Position numbers and translations under genes: made by a program. The notes under the pieces are model-generated. The model was not told the origin of the DNA. It was given only the letters and a program-made list of their open reading frames with translations, and ran no database searches. 64,000 nucleotides of DNA. Source: the human T2T-CHM13v2.0 reference genome, Homo sapiens. This document shows, piece after piece, positions 58,937 through 64,000 of the stretch (positions are counted from its first letter, which is position 1; every line of letters begins with the position of its first letter). The stretch is from assembly GCF_009914755.1 (NCBI RefSeq), contig NC_060933.1. One strand, written 5' to 3'.

Positions 58937-59071
58937 ATGCCAATGTAGCTTCTTCAATTATATAAAATATTTCAATTAAAGGCCAGAGAAGTTAGGAAGA
59001 CTTTTATTAAGTAATGCAATTAAAAGCTAATAAGTCTAGGACTCAACCTATACTCAGAAAGAAAATTTCGT

Positions 59072-59540
59072 GAATTAGTTTTCTATTGCTGTTGTAACTT
59101 AGTGGCTTTAAAGAAGTTTTTTAAGTCTGGCACACGTTCCACTGGGCTAAAATCAAGATGTTGGCAGGGAAGCATTCCTTCTGGAAGCTCTGAGAAGACA
59201 ATTTGTTTCTTTGCTTTTTCACCTTCCAGAGGTGGCCTATATTCCTTGGCTCATGGCCCCTTCATCTATCTTCAAAACCAGCAATACAGCATCTTTGCTC
59301 GGGTGTGCTTCCATCATCATCCATCTTTCTGTGACCTCACTTCTGCTTACTTCTTCCAAAGTGAAGGACCCCTATGATTACATTAGACCCATTCATATCA
59401 TCCAAGATAATCTCCCACCTCAAGGTCCTTAAATTAATAACATATGCAAGGTATTTTTTTTCTGTGTTAGGTAACGTATTGATGAGTTTTGGGGGATTGG
59501 GACATGGATATTCTTGGGAGGCTATTATTCTGCCTACCAT
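59072..59540 (-). mobile_element. MLT1 (C/D-like) LTR
   Basis: TTAGTTTTCTATTGCTG...GGGCTAAAATCAAG...ATTATTCTGCCTACCA. Confidence 0.9.
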
Positions 59541-61560
59541 GTTTGGAACAATGGAAGGGCATGTTTCTAAAAGAAATTTACTTCTGGGGTGTTTATGTTT
59601 TCTAGCCTACTATGTTCAAAGAGATTTCAAAAAATTTAAAGGATTTTGCCATAACTATGCAGTACATCAGATAATCAGACAACTCATTTTCAGTGACAAG
59701 AATGCTAAATATGAAAAGGATTCTTTTGGCAAAATGAAACTTACTCAGAAGGTATGAATGGATGATTGAAAAGCTACTTGGGATGCCCAGAGGACGTCAT
59801 GCATCTCCTTCTCAGGAAATTACAGCAGGAAGGAGAGCAGGCAAAGGGAGTAAAAGGGTAATAAAAATGTATTTTAATTAAATTATTCCATAATAAAACT
59901 AAAATGAATCTAAAAACAATAGCTGATTATTATCCTCATCATGCTTCTTGAATAGCCTATGCAAGAAATTATTTGGAGATGAGAGCTGAGATGGTTACAA
60001 ACTAGTTCACCCATGCTCTCTCTCCTCTTTCCTTCTCTGAGTTGCTTTCTCCCTTTGTCTCTCTCTCTCAACACTCTGCTCCCTCCCTCTTTCATCTTGT
60101 CTTGCAGGAGGTATGACCTGAGTAAAGACTCTGGTGCTTTGTTGCCTTCTAAAGCACAGCATTACCAGTGGACTGCATCAGTGTGGGTTAAAACTGGCAT
60201 TAAGGCAAACTGTTGCTCTAGCTGCAGCATGTTTTACCTTTAAAATCTGTCACATTCTAAGAGATACAGCTGCCAGGAAAGCTGGGTTTCCAGGAAACAA
60301 TAATTTTCGTATTTTTGTCAGCATAATCTAGATCTAGATTTGCTTTAAAAAAAAAACAGCATTAAGCATCCATATTTTCCAAATAAAATATTGAAGCATG
60401 TGGTCTAACAAAGGATGTTTCACCACTTATAAATTTAAATAAAAAGCACTACAAGCTCATGAAAAATAAATTTCATTTAGTTGCATAATGAATAAATTTA
60501 TTTTATTTAAAAATAAAATAAAATTATAAGTAACCGAGACCATCATGGAAAACCCAGGATTCATGGTCATCATTATTTCTACCAGGCAGTTCAGATTACT
60601 ATTTTGTTGTAAAGCCCACAATTTATTTTGTGCAGTATCTGCCAGTGCCTCAAAAGCTGGAGTAAAAAAAAAAAGTTTTTAATCCATGTGATATCATGTG
60701 AACTGAGAATTTGGCAAGCTTAATTATCCCAAGAGTCTGGTTCAGTAGTGTGGTGTCTGGCACACTAAATGCTCAATAAATGTAGATTGAATAAATGAAC
60801 AAATGTATGAACAATTTAAGATTGGCCATATAGATAGCAGGCCAAATTTCCTCTCTGCCAGGACTGAGTGAAAAGCTCATAAGATCCATCTGGAGGAATG
60901 ACTGCTCAGGACATTTGGTCCTATAAGGAGAGAAATCTTTTTAATTAATCATTAGTTTGACAGATTTCATCAAGGTGTATCAACTTAAGATATCACCATG
61001 AAAACATTCTTTGTTTGTTTTTTCCTTTCTCACTGGATTTTACTCTCCCTAGTGATATCTTAGTCTAATTTTATGGCATCTCAGACTAATTTGGTGTTTT
61101 CCATGTAAAAACTTTGATTTCATTTTCAATTCACAGAACTCTTCCTCTACACTCCCAGGTAGGCTAGACCGGTGGCTCCTGCGGCTATAGAAGGATATAG
61201 AGAGCAAATGATGGGGTCTCTTCTCTCATGTCATTCCCACCATCTCTGCTGTCATTTCCTTTCTGGGGTTGGAACAGGGATGAAGGGGTGGAAAGAACAC
61301 ATTTCCCAGGTGACTGCTCATGGCATATCAGCCTCTCTTTGTCACACCATCCCTGTTTGGTCCTCATTTCCCTTTCCCCATCAGATGCTGACTTCCTCAT
61401 GGGAGGCATCTATGGGTTCTTGGGTGGAACCTCCAGGAGTTTTACCCCACACAACTGCCTGACATAAGGTAACTGACTGGGACTTGGCTTCTTCCATTTC
61501 TCCTCGTGCCCTACTCCAGATGATCCACTCCGCATCCCCTTAATGTTAGGCTCCCTTTGC

Positions 61561-61574
61561 CCAGTGGGTGGCAC
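61561..61574 (+). promoter_or_regulatory. CTCF-like motif
   Basis: CCAGTGGGTGGCAC, one mismatch to CCASYAGRKGGCRS. Confidence 0.3.
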
Positions 61575-62144
61575 CAGGAAGGGAACTGTGATTGAAAAGA
61601 GCTTGACTCTCAGCCTCCAACTCACCTTCAGTCAGATCCCACTCACATGTCCTTGTCATACCAAACATCGACATGCAGGCTGCACCTTGGAACTTCCTTT
61701 TTCAACTCTGTCACATCCCTCTGGCCCTTTTCTCCACATTCAAACCTAAAGAACAGATGATCCATCTGTTCAGTGGCTCAGCATTTGCTAACATATCATC
61801 CTTACTCTTTACTTTATATGAGGGTTGTGGGGAGGACAGGGAAGTCAGCTTGGCCACTCCCCATCTTGTGGGAAGGTGGGAGAACCCATCATATAATCCC
61901 TTCTTTCAGGGGATGAAATTGCTACTACTCTATACAATTCATATTTCCTTAAAATATGGCATTTCATTCTCTCTGTAGAGCTATTTAAATACATGGGGTA
62001 AAGGGAAGGTAAGTGTACCTTCCATTAAACTGTTGTCCATGGCCTCTCCTGGGGAGAAGTAACTGGATTATCTGACTGGGATGTACTACTCTTAAATTTT
62101 AAGGTAACCAATGCCTGTTATCCTCACTTGTGGATGCTAGTTGA

Positions 62145-62583
<439 letters not shown>

Positions 62584-62995
62584 TGACTATTTTCATTTTC
62601 TAGCTAATTTTAAAATTTATTTTCTTTATATCTATCACTTTGCATCAGGTAACCATATTACTCAGTGATTAAGAAACAGATTAGATATTTAAAAATTCAT
62701 TTGGAAAAATTATATTAATTTAGAAGATATTCTTATCATCATTTTACATGATGAGATCACTATTGTTATGATTTTCATCTACAAAAATATGTGCAACTTC
62801 ACCAAACCTGTAAATATTAGAATTAGAACTAATTGTTCTAATTCCATGACCAATGTTCTTCCTGGGTGCTGGGCTGTTAAGGGTGACTTGTACTTTTCTT
62901 ACTATAGGCCCAGTGGTTCTATTTCAAAACAACATCTGTGCCATGCATCAAGATATATATGGTGAGCCCTATACACACTTAAAATACATAAAATA

Positions 62996-63320
<325 letters not shown>

Positions 63321-63619
63321 CTAAATTCATTCACAGTGAGTTCATCCAGCAAAAACTTGATACTAGAAGAGCTTCTCCATAAATAAAAAACTGCAGCTAT
63401 CACAACATAAAATACTCTTGGACTTCTGGCAGATAACTCTAATGCTTCCACCTGGAACTTCACTTAAAGGGCAAGGAACTTAAAGTACTGAACAGCAAGA
63501 CAAACTGCACCGAAGAGGAAATCCCACTTGGTATGCAAATATATTCACCATGTGGTTATCAAGATTTATAAATATGCTTTCCTATGTCTAAGGTCAAGTG
63601 GCTATTATACTCCAGAGTA

Positions 63620-63938
63620 TTTTGTTTTTTGTTTTTTGGGGTTTTTTTTGACAGAGTCTCACTGTGTTACCCAGATTGGGGTTCAGTGGCATGATCTCGG
63701 CTCACTGCAACTTCCACCTCCCAGGTTCAAGAAATTGATTCTCCTGCCTCAGCCTCCAGAGTAGCTGGGACTACAGGCATGTGCCACCACACTTGACTGA
63801 TTGTTGTATTTTTAGTAGACAGGGGGTTTGCCATGTTGGCCAGACTGCTCTCGAACTCCTGGCCTAAAGTGATACACCTGCCTTGACCTCTCAAAGTTCT
63901 ATTTATTAAAACAGATGTGAGCCACTGCACCCAGCCCA
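63620..63938 (-). mobile_element. Alu (AluS/J)
   Basis: Antisense dimer; TSD CCAGAGTATTTTGT. Confidence 0.93.
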
Positions 63939-64000
63939 GAGTATTTTGTAATCTAACAAATACCCTATCTATACATTTACTATTTACAAGGTAGGAAAAG

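Overview
Human non-coding genomic DNA; an AluYa5, a human-specific subfamily, is present. It looks like a gene desert or a large lncRNA intron. I find no credible protein-coding gene: the listed ORFs are Alu-, LTR- or L1-derived, or chance frames. Much of the window is interspersed repeat: about 20 Alu or Alu-monomer copies, L1, L2, MIR, MaLR LTRs (THE1, MLT1), ERV1 LTRs, a decayed ERVL provirus with recognisable gag/pro/pol remnants, and DNA transposons (Tigger2a/MER28, MER45A, MER5A). Between these are repeat-free blocks rich in homeodomain, POU, SOX and FOX motifs that look like conserved developmental enhancers (best at 16.4-17.5 kb), plus a candidate spliced, polyadenylated terminal exon at about 1.7-2.0 kb. 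The most unusual signal is a series of short locally copied segments: an Alu flanked by a 134-bp target-site duplication, three direct duplications (91, ~160 and 267 bp, 0.5-1.8 kb apart), a ~185-bp inverted copy inserted into an LTR, and several fold-back hairpins. I could not identify the locus by name. Repeat subfamily calls come from recognising consensus motifs by eye, and coordinates of old repeats are approximate.
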